A stretch of DNA of 64,000 nucleotides from a virus (taxonomy: Duplodnaviria; Heunggongvirae; Uroviricota; Caudoviricetes): IMG/VR virus record IMGVR_UViG_3300044675_001501, positions 64,001-128,000 of that record; one strand, given 5' to 3'. The translations under genes were made by a program, and so were the position numbers. The notes beneath the pieces are model-generated. The model was given only the letters and a program-made list of their open reading frames with translations, was not told the DNA's origin and did no database searches. Shown piece by piece: positions 46,481 to 54,985 of this stretch; position 1 is the first letter of the stretch, and each line of letters opens with the position of its first letter.

Positions 46481-47890
46481 TTAGACATCGTAACGTGGGA
46501 TCATCACTGCCTTACGCATTACGCCTTCAGGAGTGAAGTTCTCCGCATTACCAGCAAGAACTGCTTTCATGATTGCTGGGCTGAAACCAGAAACCAATGC
46601 CGCACCTTTCTTGTCATACTTCACTGGCACGTTGTCGTGCGAGTTCAGATTCCAGAAAACAATTTGAGGAACAGTGTAACCTGCTGCTTCAAACTTACGT
46701 TCGATCATACGCATTGCGCTGTCATCGAAACTTGCACATTGGTCGAACTGCATATCAGACAGAATCAACAGCATGCTTGGCATTTCTTCTTGAGGAACAT
46801 TACCTTCTACGGCAGTCTTCAGGATTTTATCCATCGCCTTAACCAAGTTGGTATTCATTTCCCAGTTAGAAGATACCATTTGCTTTACCTTCTGAAGAAT
46901 AGTACCCTTCAGATTCAGCAGTTGTGGGTTGCCAGAGAAAGTCAAGAAAGTATCCTTGAACTTACCTTGGTTCTTGTCTGCTAGATATAAACCCAGCGAC
47001 ACTGCTACAGTCAAGCAAGTTACGTTTGCGTTCTTACCTGCTGGGCAAGACATAGAACCAGACACGTCAACCAGTGGCAACACATTAGCATCACCAACAA
47101 AGTTTTCCAATGCATCCCATTGCTTTTCAACAAGATCAAGCTGAGTCTTGTTGTAGCTAGTTTGGTAATGACCGATAACACCCTTCAGTACATCATATGG
47201 ATATACTGCGCCAGCATTTACCTTGACCTTTGGGTCATCGCCCTTAACAAGAGCAGAAACATATTCCGCATACTTTTCAGTGTTACGGTAGAATGCCTTC
47301 TTGTATCGAGCAGCAGCAACAGAAGGAACATGGCTGAAATTGATTTCATCCCAACGCTTTGCGCACATGTCTTGTTCAACTACCTTAGTCATTTCGACTA
47401 GGGACTTACGATAGAACTTTGGAGACATGCCGAAAAACTTACGGATCTCAGCAGCCAACTTACCTTGACGTGGAGTCCACTTTGCTGCTAGACCATTGCG
47501 TTCACGCAAGGCATCACCAAGCATAGTGAATGCAGTAGCCTTATTGGTTTCAACAACAAAGATGTCATCCCAGCGACCGATCTCTGGCACCTTGCGAAGC
47601 AAGATAGCAGCGTCTTCAGGGTTGTGCTTGTCTAGATACTTTAAGATTTGACGGAACAACTCACGTTCGCCAGCACCACCACGTGCATCACGTGCCCACT
47701 GAGCAATACGCAATGCCACTTCTCTGTCTTCAACGTATGCTGCGACAAAGTCTTTGGTGATGTCCTTACCACGAGAGGCACCGATTTTGAAGAACAAGTC
47801 TACACATGCAGATGCAGTAGACTTACGAGCACGCATGCCGTTAGTAGTGCGTGCAGATTGATTTTGTACGGCAGATACAAAAGTATTCAC
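46481..47890 (-). CDS. DUF2828-type helical + vWA protein (Ro60/TROVE-like)
   Basis: WARDARGGAGERELF..GRWDD..LAAKWTPR; MIDAS VDVSGSM..ILSDMQFD..IVFWNL; GTG start after SD AAAGGA. Confidence 0.75.
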   Translation of the reverse strand: MNTFVSAVQNQSARTTNGMRARKSTASACVDLFFKIGASRGKDITKDFVAAYVEDREVALRIAQWARDARGGAGERELFRQILKYLDKHNPEDAAILLRKVPEIGRWDDIFVVETNKATAFTMLGDALRERNGLAAKWTPRQGKLAAEIRKFFGMSPKFYRKSLVEMTKVVEQDMCAKRWDEINFSHVPSVAAARYKKAFYRNTEKYAEYVSALVKGDDPKVKVNAGAVYPYDVLKGVIGHYQTSYNKTQLDLVEKQWDALENFVGDANVLPLVDVSGSMSCPAGKNANVTCLTVAVSLGLYLADKNQGKFKDTFLTFSGNPQLLNLKGTILQKVKQMVSSNWEMNTNLVKAMDKILKTAVEGNVPQEEMPSMLLILSDMQFDQCASFDDSAMRMIERKFEAAGYTVPQIVFWNLNSHDNVPVKYDKKGAALVSGFSPAIMKAVLAGNAENFTPEGVMRKAVMIPRYDV

Positions 47891-47902
47891 TTCATTTCCT
47901 TT

Positions 47903-48007
47903 CAACAGAATAGTTTCCTACTTTTTGATTAGACTGAGAAATTCGAAACTCAGTATCTTTGGAGATGGCATTGCAGCCATCAAGTAAGTTGTTGCTGTAC
48001 CTATTCT
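47903..48007 (-). ncRNA. Scaffold RNA E (Y-RNA-like), Cys(GCA) anticodon-like loop plus T-arm-like hairpin
   Basis: AGAATAG-GT-ACAGCAA...CTATTCT-GTTG. Confidence 0.7.
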
Positions 48008-48019
48008 AAGCTACATAAA

Positions 48020-48240
48020 CTACGGGATGATCGGGTTGATATTGAATTGGTTCTTTAACCACAGTGTCCCTTTCGGCAGCCCCACTGAAAGCAGATAGTC
48101 TACTATCATCTTGCTGTCTTTCCAGCGCCAGATCTTGATTCGGGTTGATCACCCCTAGTCAGTTAAAAATTGCACCTTTCGGTGGTCCTCCTGTTTACTG
48201 ACACTCTCTTTAGCGTTATCTAAAGTGCTGTACTCATCCC
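48020..48240 (-). ncRNA. Scaffold RNA F, long multi-hairpin member
   Basis: GGGATGA-GT-ACAGCAC...TCATCCC-GTAG; begins just downstream of promoter 48255-48283. Confidence 0.65.
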
Positions 48241-48254
48241 ATTTCCATACTGTA

Positions 48255-48283
48255 AGTATATTACTTATATAGATTTATGTCAA
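48255..48283 (-). promoter_or_regulatory. sigma70-type promoter
   Basis: TTGACA-17-TATACT. Confidence 0.85.
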
Positions 48284-48681
48284 ACTTGCATAACTTTAAC
48301 CTCACATTTTTCTAAAAATTTCACACCATCATCATTGCGATATTGTTGTCGATAGTACACATTCTTAATACCTGCGCCATAAATCATTTTAGCACACTGT
48401 ACGCAAGGAGCATGAGTACAAAATAAACTGGCACCATCGCCTCCGTCATTAGACTTGGCAAGTTTAAGTATAGCATTCGCTTCAGCATGAATCACCTCAT
48501 CTTTGGTTTTAAAATTTTCATCTTCACATACATTAGTCCATCCTGCTGGCATGCCATTGTATCCGATAGAAATAATTCTATGTTCTTTAACAACGACAGC
48601 ACCAACCTTCAACCGAACAGCACTAGAGAGTTGAGCAAACCTCTCAGCTGTGTCCATATATGCAGCAATCCATTTATTCAT
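48280..48681 (-). CDS. cd: dCMP deaminase
   Basis: VGAVVVK..SIGYNG..HAEANAI..THAPCVQCAKMI. Confidence 0.92.
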   Translation of the reverse strand: MNKWIAAYMDTAERFAQLSSAVRLKVGAVVVKEHRIISIGYNGMPAGWTNVCEDENFKTKDEVIHAEANAILKLAKSNDGGDGASLFCTHAPCVQCAKMIYGAGIKNVYYRQQYRNDDGVKFLEKCEVKVMQV

Positions 48682-49691
48682 CGTATATAAATCTGTACGT
48701 TGTTGATACGCTTCATCAGTTCATTGTTTACATCAAACTTCACTTGCATCTTTTGCGACTCTTTCTCATACACCATAAATGCTGGCTGATTCATAGTCGT
48801 CTTATGCTGCGGGAAGAACTTATTATACCTCACGTCACCAGCTGAAGCAAACGTGTAAAGTTGCATGTCAACATATTGTTCATAAAGTTGTATTTGCTGC
48901 CCATCAACAGTCGCAATCATGACAAGTTTAGGATTTCTTGGGATATATGCAAAGTCAACATCGATGTTATAACAATCAACAGTTGAGTTGCGATATGCGC
49001 CAAAGCAAACCATTTGGTTATCACGCCATTCTGGCGCAGGTGCAGGTTTCGCAGCCTCCCACGCTAACCAGCCAAGCAAACCATTACCAGTAGCACTCTT
49101 CACCGCATTAGAAACACCAGCTGCTATCTCACCATGAGTATTAGTGCTAGTAGAACCTTTCTCGTTGATCGTTGTGCTGAATGCACGCATATCAGAAACC
49201 CACTTCTGTTGCCATGATATAACTACGTCAGCATAAACAGTAGTGTTAGTGCGACCAATCTTGTAGTTTGGATTCTGTACATCAGCATACAATGCATGAC
49301 CCACGTTGTCTAAACGACTAACAATCTTTTCTCTACGCTCATACTCAGTGAAGTCAGGAGAGAAAGATGATTGCTTTCCCTTCTTGATTGTGTTATCTTT
49401 AGGAACAACATCAGCAATGATAGTTACCTCATAGCCAAGTGTGTTCTGTTGCTTAGATACGACTTTATACGATTTGATCACACCACTGGTGTACTCATCA
49501 ATACTTTCGGTGACATGATTAGATCTAGCATTACGCTCGCTCATAACGAAAGTGCTTGCGCCTTGCTCTAGTGCTGCTACCTTTGCGTTCTCCAGAGCAG
49601 CATCATAATTAGATCCATATCCAGTAACCTTCACCTCTGCCGCATTGGCAAAGGTAGCAGCAAACAACAGAGCAAGTGCAGTCTTTTTCAT
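48678..49691 (-). CDS. Exported hypothetical protein
   Basis: Signal peptide MKKTALALLFAATFANA. Confidence 0.7.
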   Translation of the reverse strand: MKKTALALLFAATFANAAEVKVTGYGSNYDAALENAKVAALEQGASTFVMSERNARSNHVTESIDEYTSGVIKSYKVVSKQQNTLGYEVTIIADVVPKDNTIKKGKQSSFSPDFTEYERREKIVSRLDNVGHALYADVQNPNYKIGRTNTTVYADVVISWQQKWVSDMRAFSTTINEKGSTSTNTHGEIAAGVSNAVKSATGNGLLGWLAWEAAKPAPAPEWRDNQMVCFGAYRNSTVDCYNIDVDFAYIPRNPKLVMIATVDGQQIQLYEQYVDMQLYTFASAGDVRYNKFFPQHKTTMNQPAFMVYEKESQKMQVKFDVNNELMKRINNVQIYIR

Positions 49692-50360
49692 TTAGAATCC
49701 ATTCATCATTGTACGAACTTGAGCAGCAGTATTCATGCTTTTCTTAGAAACCATAATGGTCACAGCTACCATGTTACTGTCACGATCAACATCACGTCGT
49801 GCGACATAAGCACCCTTCAGAATAAACTGAGAGTTGTCGCTGATTGTTTCGGTAACTGATTGAGCAATCTTACTAGCACGCTTGCGTTCTTCTTCGCTAT
49901 ACATACCACCTGCGACATCACCATCACTACCGAACAGTGAATCATTTTCTTTCTTAGAATCACGACGACGATCTTCAGTGTTCTTGTTGCTAACGATATC
50001 ACGCATCGCAGTCTTAGTTACGTTCTCTGCTACTTTACCAGACTTAACATCGTTGGTCAGAAACTCAACGAGATTACGTTTGGCACGCATAGTTGCCAGC
50101 ATGAACGCATCCTCACGACCCTGCGGATGGTTGAAGTTGATTGGTGCAGTACCAGTTGTTTTGATAGCAACCCAATCGCCATCTTCAGAGAACTGAAGTT
50201 GTAGAGTGCCCGAAACTTCCAGGAATTCTGCTTCCGCTTTCTTGATGTCAGGCTTTTGCTCTAGTTTATTCTCAACCTTTGTTACAGGCTCAGGTTTATT
50301 AGACGCACAACCAGTTGCTAGAGCAGCAACAATTGCGATCGTCAACAGTTTAAGTTTCAT
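49692..50360 (-). CDS. Lipoprotein (LPP20-like)
   Basis: Lipobox LATG-C; A..LATMRAKRNLVEF. Confidence 0.65.
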   Translation of the reverse strand: MKLKLLTIAIVAALATGCASNKPEPVTKVENKLEQKPDIKKAEAEFLEVSGTLQLQFSEDGDWVAIKTTGTAPINFNHPQGREDAFMLATMRAKRNLVEFLTNDVKSGKVAENVTKTAMRDIVSNKNTEDRRRDSKKENDSLFGSDGDVAGGMYSEEERKRASKIAQSVTETISDNSQFILKGAYVARRDVDRDSNMVAVTIMVSKKSMNTAAQVRTMMNGF

Positions 50361-50479
50361 CGTTCTTTAATCCATTTCCCTGCTTTTTGCAGATCTTCAC
50401 CAGCACCACTAACCAAACCACCTGCTGTTCCGCATGCGGTCAGCATAGTAGCAACCATTACAGCTATAACAAACTTCAT
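50357..50479 (-). CDS. Entericidin EcnA/B-like lipopeptide (40 aa; not in track)
   Basis: MKFVIAVMVATMLTA-CGTAGGLVSGAGEDLQKAGKWIKER. Confidence 0.65.
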   Translation of the reverse strand: MKFVIAVMVATMLTACGTAGGLVSGAGEDLQKAGKWIKER

Positions 50480-50724
50480 TGAACACCTCCCAACGTAAAC
50501 TTGCTCAGATATTCTTGCGCTTCAGTCAGTTCAAACTTACCTTCCTCAAGCATAATCTGTTCTTTTTCTTCTAGGATTCTGATAACTTCACGCATGCTTG
50601 CTGCTTCAAGCAACTCGATAGCATAGTCATGGTCATCTTCATCAACATTCTCATACCAGTCAGCAAGAACTTCAGGCGAAGAGAGAAGGAGAAACCTTAG
50701 ATTCTGAAAGTCATGTTCATTCAT
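50476..50724 (-). CDS. Hypothetical protein
   Basis: 82 aa, coupled. Confidence 0.6.
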   Translation of the reverse strand: MNEHDFQNLRFLLLSSPEVLADWYENVDEDDHDYAIELLEAASMREVIRILEEKEQIMLEEGKFELTEAQEYLSKFTLGGVQ

Positions 50725-50909
50725 TATTCAACTCCAAAATGTTCTTCTAACTGTTCTGCAGCAAAATGATCATCTAGATCATCTCTCAAAAAACCAGCAC
50801 ATTCATGTACAATCAATTCAGCAAATCTTTGGTAGGTAGCTTGAACATCCATAAGTCTGCCAGTCTCTGTCATTGCCTGGATCATTAGTTCTTTAATTCG
50901 TTCGTTCAC
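50724..50909 (-). CDS. Hypothetical protein
   Basis: MNERIKEL..FAELIVHEC..HFGVE. Confidence 0.65.
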   Translation of the reverse strand: MNERIKELMIQAMTETGRLMDVQATYQRFAELIVHECAGFLRDDLDDHFAAEQLEEHFGVE

Positions 50910-51034
50910 TTCGATGTTTCCTTCATAACTTGTTGCATCTTAACAACACCATGGTCAGCAATCTTTGCTATGCCAGCGAAGCCAACAGTACACACAGCGA
51001 CACCAAGAATAAACCCAACAATCAAATTACCCAT
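50906..51034 (-). CDS. Small membrane protein
   Basis: MGNLIVGFILGVAVCTVGF. Confidence 0.55.
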   Translation of the reverse strand: MGNLIVGFILGVAVCTVGFAGIAKIADHGVVKMQQVMKETSK

Positions 51035-51428
51035 TGTCAGCCTCACAAAAGTTTTCAAAGTCTTCAACATTACCAGCGAACAAAACATTACCACTGTAAT
51101 CTTTTACCTTCACTTCGATACCTTTGTCAACGCAAGCACGAACGTAGTATTCATAATCTTGCCAAGCATCAGTGGTAGTAATTGGATATACATAGATACC
51201 ACCGACACCATCTTTAAGTTTGGCAATCAGTTGAGCAGCCAAGCAACCAGCACCATTTGCTATTTTAGCTGGTCCATTGCTAGGAATACCATTGACGATA
51301 GTCATGTTCTTTAGGAAAAAAGCAAGTTCAGAACCATGACCAGATGGGTAACCATCAAACTGTCGATAGATACAAACAAGTTTCTCACCGACACCATTCT
51401 CAACATAAGTCAAACAACGTGTACCCAT
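51027..51428 (-). CDS. Hypothetical protein
   Basis: MGTR..YRQFDGYPSGHG..NGAGCLAAQL. Confidence 0.7.
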   Translation of the reverse strand: MGTRCLTYVENGVGEKLVCIYRQFDGYPSGHGSELAFFLKNMTIVNGIPSNGPAKIANGAGCLAAQLIAKLKDGVGGIYVYPITTTDAWQDYEYYVRACVDKGIEVKVKDYSGNVLFAGNVEDFENFCEADNG

Positions 51429-51430
51429 AA

Positions 51431-51664
51431 TCAACCCCAATCTTTCTTATCACCAAACTTTTCGTTGTACTCATATCCAGCCATGTACTCAACAATCTGT
51501 TCTGGGGTCATATCTTTACCCTCTACACGTTCAGACTGAGAAGTTGCGCCGACGTAGTAGTGAATATCGATACCACGACCATAGTAAGAATCAGCCGAAC
51601 CACGATCGAATGGACCACCGTGGCGAGTGTCGTATAGTTTGCCATTATAAAATCCGTACATCAT
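51431..51664 (-). CDS. Hypothetical protein
   Basis: HGGPFDRGSADSYYGR. Confidence 0.7.
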   Translation of the reverse strand: MMYGFYNGKLYDTRHGGPFDRGSADSYYGRGIDIHYYVGATSQSERVEGKDMTPEQIVEYMAGYEYNEKFGDKKDWG

Positions 51665-51906
51665 TCGTCTCCGTAGTAGCCGTAATCTTCATCAGTACCG
51701 AACCCTGCCGATGCCATTGCTGAATCAAAGTCACCGTCCATGCTGTCATCGTAATCAGAATCAAAGTCATCAACGATGCCGTAGTCAGCAGCGATTTGAT
51801 CAATCGTCTCAACCTGCTCGCCGAAGTAGTTCGCTACTTCGGTAGTAGTATAACCTTCGCACAGCATAGTAACGATGTCAGTAACCTTTTGTTTCATCAC
51901 ACCCAT
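51661..51906 (-). CDS. Hypothetical acidic protein
   Basis: DGDFDSAMASAGFGTDEDYG. Confidence 0.65.
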   Translation of the reverse strand: MGVMKQKVTDIVTMLCEGYTTTEVANYFGEQVETIDQIAADYGIVDDFDSDYDDSMDGDFDSAMASAGFGTDEDYGYYGDE

Positions 51907-51907
51907 A

Positions 51908-52195
51908 TTAATCTCCCGAATCAATTTGATAACGATCACCACAATGTTTGCAGGTATATTCAGTCAAACAACGACCAACATTTTTGCTAGAATACTCATG
52001 AGTGCAGGGAGTACCATCAGGTCTAGCATTCACTTCACCAGTAGGGCGACCAAACATATATTGACCACCGCAATTAGTACACTCAAAGGTATCAGTTACT
52101 TTATCGTAACCAGCGATAACGCTTTTATACTTGTTATCACCAGCAGGTACACGACCAGAACCATTACAAACAGGACAAACACATTTCAACATCAA
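51908..52195 (-). CDS. Zinc-ribbon hypothetical protein
   Basis: CPVC, CTNC and CKHC motifs. Confidence 0.65.
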   Translation of the reverse strand: MMLKCVCPVCNGSGRVPAGDNKYKSVIAGYDKVTDTFECTNCGGQYMFGRPTGEVNARPDGTPCTHEYSSKNVGRCLTEYTCKHCGDRYQIDSGD

Positions 52196-52353
52196 ACTTT
52201 CTCCATGGCACGAACGCCAGAAAACATAATCAATAAACCTACCGAAGCCAACGCAGCTTGAACCAGAAGATCAGCATTCGGATCAAAGTCAAGAGTGCCA
52301 ACTGCACCGAATGCGATCAGGAAACCAACAGCCAAACGAATAGAACCCTTCAT
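52192..52353 (-). CDS. Small membrane protein (53 aa)
   Basis: MKGSIRLAVGFLIAFGAVG.. Confidence 0.55.
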   Translation of the reverse strand: MKGSIRLAVGFLIAFGAVGTLDFDPNADLLVQAALASVGLLIMFSGVRAMEKV

Positions 52354-52598
52354 TATACAAACTCCTCATCGCGAGACATCATCTCAAACTGCTTTTCGCG
52401 TTCCTCATAGTTCAAGCGAGTCTCAAACTCATCGATAGATTGCTTCAACATCTTAGCAGCAAATTCCTTGTTGGTATAACCATCAAGCAGGTTAGACGTC
52501 AGAGACTGCAGATAACCAGAGGAATGAGCATAGTTACCGTAAACCTTATACGACAGGTCAACAAACTGCTTCACAAGATCAGAGTAGTTAGTCTTCAT
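52353..52598 (-). CDS. Hypothetical protein
   Basis: Start MKTNYSD after promoter 52629-52657. Confidence 0.6.
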   Translation of the reverse strand: MKTNYSDLVKQFVDLSYKVYGNYAHSSGYLQSLTSNLLDGYTNKEFAAKMLKQSIDEFETRLNYEEREKQFEMMSRDEEFV

Positions 52599-52628
52599 TT
52601 TCTTTTCCTTTTCAACTTTCATGCAATA

Positions 52629-52657
52629 ATTATACCGCAACCCTGAATTAATGTAAA
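52629..52657 (-). promoter_or_regulatory. sigma70-type promoter
   Basis: TTTACA-17-TATAAT. Confidence 0.8.
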
Positions 52658-52662
52658 GCACT

Positions 52663-52857
52663 TTATTGCGCATCTCCGAAAACAGCCGAGCGAGTCGGGA
52701 AACCAGCAGCGATGCCAGTTGACAGTTGGAAAGTTTTTGTTTGCTTCGCACGTGCCTTTGACTTTGGCGCTTTGCGTGGTTTGTAGACCGTAACCTGAAC
52801 ACCCAGTTCTGGGTCGGTATAGGTATAGAGGACGTTTCTTTGTTTACGCTCAGACAT
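52663..52857 (-). CDS. Hypothetical basic protein
   Basis: MSERKQRN; SD AAGGAG. Confidence 0.6.
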   Translation of the reverse strand: MSERKQRNVLYTYTDPELGVQVTVYKPRKAPKSKARAKQTKTFQLSTGIAAGFPTRSAVFGDAQ

Positions 52858-52890
52858 TTTTGCATCTCCTTTATCAACTTTCATACCTAT

Positions 52891-52919
52891 ATTATACAGG
52901 AAAGCCGAATTAAAGGCAA
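52891..52919 (-). promoter_or_regulatory. sigma70-type promoter
   Basis: TTGCCT-17-TATAAT. Confidence 0.8.
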
Positions 52920-52931
52920 GCAAAATGTAGC

Positions 52932-52956
52932 ATACCCCTACGGTTTGTAGGGGTAT
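52932..52956. promoter_or_regulatory. Palindromic operator, copy 3
   Basis: ATACCCCTAC-GGTTT-GTAGGGGTAT. Confidence 0.75.
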
Positions 52957-52969
52957 AAAAGTCCTTTAA

Positions 52970-52982
52970 AATCAAGGACTTG
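52970..52982 (+). promoter_or_regulatory. IHF consensus box
   Basis: AATCAA-GGAC-TTG. Confidence 0.6.
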
Positions 52983-52994
52983 TGTGGGGGTAAG

Positions 52995-53034
52995 AAAAAA
53001 ACCCCTGCAGGAAGGTAATCCAACAGGGGTTTTT
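52995..53034 (-). terminator. Terminator of the tRNA cluster
   Basis: AAAAACCCCTG...CAGGGGTTTTT followed by a U-tract on -. Confidence 0.8.
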
Positions 53035-53074
53035 ATAGCCAAAAGGGACGGTGATCCGCCATTGGCTCGGTTTT

Positions 53075-53157
53075 TGGTGCCCCAAGCGAGACTCGAACTC
53101 GCACGCTTGCGCACTGGCTTCTAAGACCAGCGTGTCTACCAATTCCACCATCGGGGC
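53075..53157 (-). tRNA. tRNA-Leu(TAG)
   Basis: Cloverleaf with long variable arm, CCA. Confidence 0.92.
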
Positions 53158-53163
53158 ATTTCC

Positions 53164-53239
53164 TGGTGCTGGTTGTCGGATTCGAACTGACGACCTACTG
53201 CTTACAAGGCAGTTGCTCTACCAACTGAGCTAAACCAGC
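53164..53239 (-). tRNA. tRNA-Thr(TGT)
   Basis: Cloverleaf, loop CTTGTAA, CCA. Confidence 0.95.
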
Positions 53240-53240
53240 A

Positions 53241-53417
53241 TTAATCTTTTAAATCTTCATCATCATATTTTGTTTCATCAATTGGTCTTCCCATTAATTT
53301 CTCGCCATCTTCATTTCGCTTATCTTTTTTCTTGAAGATATTGTTCCAATTGTTGTCGAACTCTTCTTTTGATACGCTAAATGGGCGAGGTGAACTTCCC
53401 TTTCCACCGTCACTCAT
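53241..53417 (-). CDS. Hypothetical protein (58 aa)
   Basis: MSDGGKGSSPRPFSV..; SD AGGAG. Confidence 0.6.
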   Translation of the reverse strand: MSDGGKGSSPRPFSVSKEEFDNNWNNIFKKKDKRNEDGEKLMGRPIDETKYDDEDLKD

Positions 53418-53434
53418 TTTTTACTCCTAAAGCA

Positions 53435-53509
53435 TGGAGCGGATAGTCGGGTTCGAACCGACGACATTCTGCTTGGCAAGCAGACATTCTACCACTGAAT
53501 TATATCCGC
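53435..53509 (-). tRNA. tRNA-Gly(GCC)
   Basis: Cloverleaf, U73, CCA. Confidence 0.95.
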
Positions 53510-53516
53510 ACTAAAT

Positions 53517-53594
53517 TGGTCGGAGTGGCAGGATTCGAACCTGCGACCCCCTGCTCCCAAAGCAGGTGCACTAGCCAGACTGTGCTACACTCCG
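53517..53594 (-). tRNA. tRNA-Pro(TGG)
   Basis: Cloverleaf, CCA. Confidence 0.95.
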
Positions 53595-53603
53595 AATGAA
53601 CTT

Positions 53604-54167
53604 TTATTTATATCTTACTTCAGCATTAAATGCTAAAGAAATTCTATCATCTTTATTTTCGTTTGGCACTACATAGTGCATCAACCACGAAGGAAAGATA
53701 ATCAAACTGCCTGTCTTTGGTTGAACCGAAACGACAGACTGCGTAAAACTATTTTGTTCTTTGATCATACTACTATACAAAACATGGTGATGCGCATTGT
53801 TTGGTGTCATGAATTCTATCAACGAACAACCATCTTCTGCCTTTGGATAATACACACCAGAGAAAACGGTATTCGGTCTCTCACCATGGTTGTGTGGTAT
53901 ACCGATATACTGATTACTGTTTATGTTAGCCCAAGCCATATAGACTGCCTGGTATGCCTTATCAGTCAAACCAAAATGCTTATGAAGACCATTTAATCTA
54001 ACTGTTATTTCTTGAAACAACTTGTTGAGCTCAGGCTCAGCACCAGTAAAGTAGATACTTGTTTCTGATGTTTTCTGTTTCTCGTAGCACAACTTAATGA
54101 TTGAATCGTTATCTATATTCAAATCATCAGAGGCAATAAAGTTAGTAAATATATGTTCAATCTGCAT
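53604..54167 (-). CDS. 2OG-Fe(II) oxygenase (TIGR02466-like)
   Basis: PHNH..FSGVYY..IIFPSWLMHYV..RISLAFN. Confidence 0.85.
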   Translation of the reverse strand: MQIEHIFTNFIASDDLNIDNDSIIKLCYEKQKTSETSIYFTGAEPELNKLFQEITVRLNGLHKHFGLTDKAYQAVYMAWANINSNQYIGIPHNHGERPNTVFSGVYYPKAEDGCSLIEFMTPNNAHHHVLYSSMIKEQNSFTQSVVSVQPKTGSLIIFPSWLMHYVVPNENKDDRISLAFNAEVRYK

Positions 54168-54178
54168 AAGAATTTTGT

Positions 54179-54254
54179 TGGTAGGGGTACAGGGACTCGA
54201 ACCCTGAACTTATCGGTTAAAAGCCGATTACTCTAGCCATTGAGTTATACCCCC
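54179..54254 (-). tRNA. tRNA-Lys(TTT)
   Basis: Cloverleaf, CCA. Confidence 0.93.
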
Positions 54255-54257
54255 ATA

Positions 54258-54333
54258 TGGTCCCTGCGGTGAGAATCGAACTCACTCCTCATTGATTAAG
54301 AGTCAAGTGCGCAAACCTTTACGCTACACAGGG
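54258..54333 (-). tRNA. tRNA-Lys(CTT)
   Basis: Loop CTCTTAA, CCA. Confidence 0.85.
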
Positions 54334-54358
54334 TTGGATCGTACTGTTTTGATTTTAC

Positions 54359-54427
54359 GTGCCAACCCTAGACCATACGGGAATCTAGAGTGACACTAGA
54401 GTTTACCTCGTTTCATGTCATTCTCCT
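54359..54427 (-). other. Minigene MKRGKL-amber followed by a stem-loop
   Basis: SD AGGAG, ATG 54416, TAG 54398-54396, hairpin GTGTC-CTCTAGA..TCTAGGG-GGCAC. Confidence 0.5.
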
Positions 54428-54446
54428 AAAAATTAAACTACTAAAA

Positions 54447-54512
54447 CAACAGGATGTCTTTTTGCGTTTTACAATTACAAGTTGTATGCATTTTGATTGC
54501 TGCAAACATCCT
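54447..54512 (-). ncRNA. Scaffold RNA A, displays a Thr(TGT) anticodon stem-loop
   Basis: AGGATGT-TT-GCAGCAA..TACAA-CTTGTAA-TTGTA..ACATCCT-GTTG. Confidence 0.75.
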
Positions 54513-54517
54513 AAAAC

Positions 54518-54594
54518 TGGTAGCGGGAGCAGGAATCGAACCTACCTCATTCAAGCGTATGAAACTTGCTAGTTACCCAGAACTATATCCCGCA
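54518..54594 (-). tRNA. tRNA-Met/Ile2(CAT), 1:72 mismatch
   Basis: Loop TTCATAC, CCA. Confidence 0.85.
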
Positions 54595-54708
54595 ACAAAA
54601 TCGTGCTATGTTCAACCTTGCAAGTAGAACTCTCGTCGCAGTCTGAGAAGCATCCATCCTAGGAAGGAGAGGCTATCCTGCCATACCGTAAAGCGACGGT
54701 ATGCATCT

Positions 54709-54783
54709 TGGCGGTCCCAAGGGGTAACGATCCCCTTCTTTATGCGTGACAGGCATACGTGCGTCCATGAACACTTTGGAACC
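54709..54783 (-). tRNA. tRNA-Asp(GTC)
   Basis: Cloverleaf, G73, CCA. Confidence 0.9.
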
Positions 54784-54909
54784 AGATTCATTTTGTTGAG
54801 TACTCTGCACTATATGCCTCGCTCAACAGCTTTACTCGAGTTTACTGTTTATTGCTTCGGTTACATAACGCTTGATCATGCCTCTGTGCTTACAAAGCAC
54901 TCAACAAAA

Positions 54910-54985
54910 TGGTGGAGGATAACGGGATCGAACCGATGACCTTTAGCTTGCAAAGCTACTGCTCTCCCAGCTGAGCTAATCCCCC
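54910..54985 (-). tRNA. tRNA-Ala(TGC)
   Basis: G3.U70, CCA. Confidence 0.95.
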
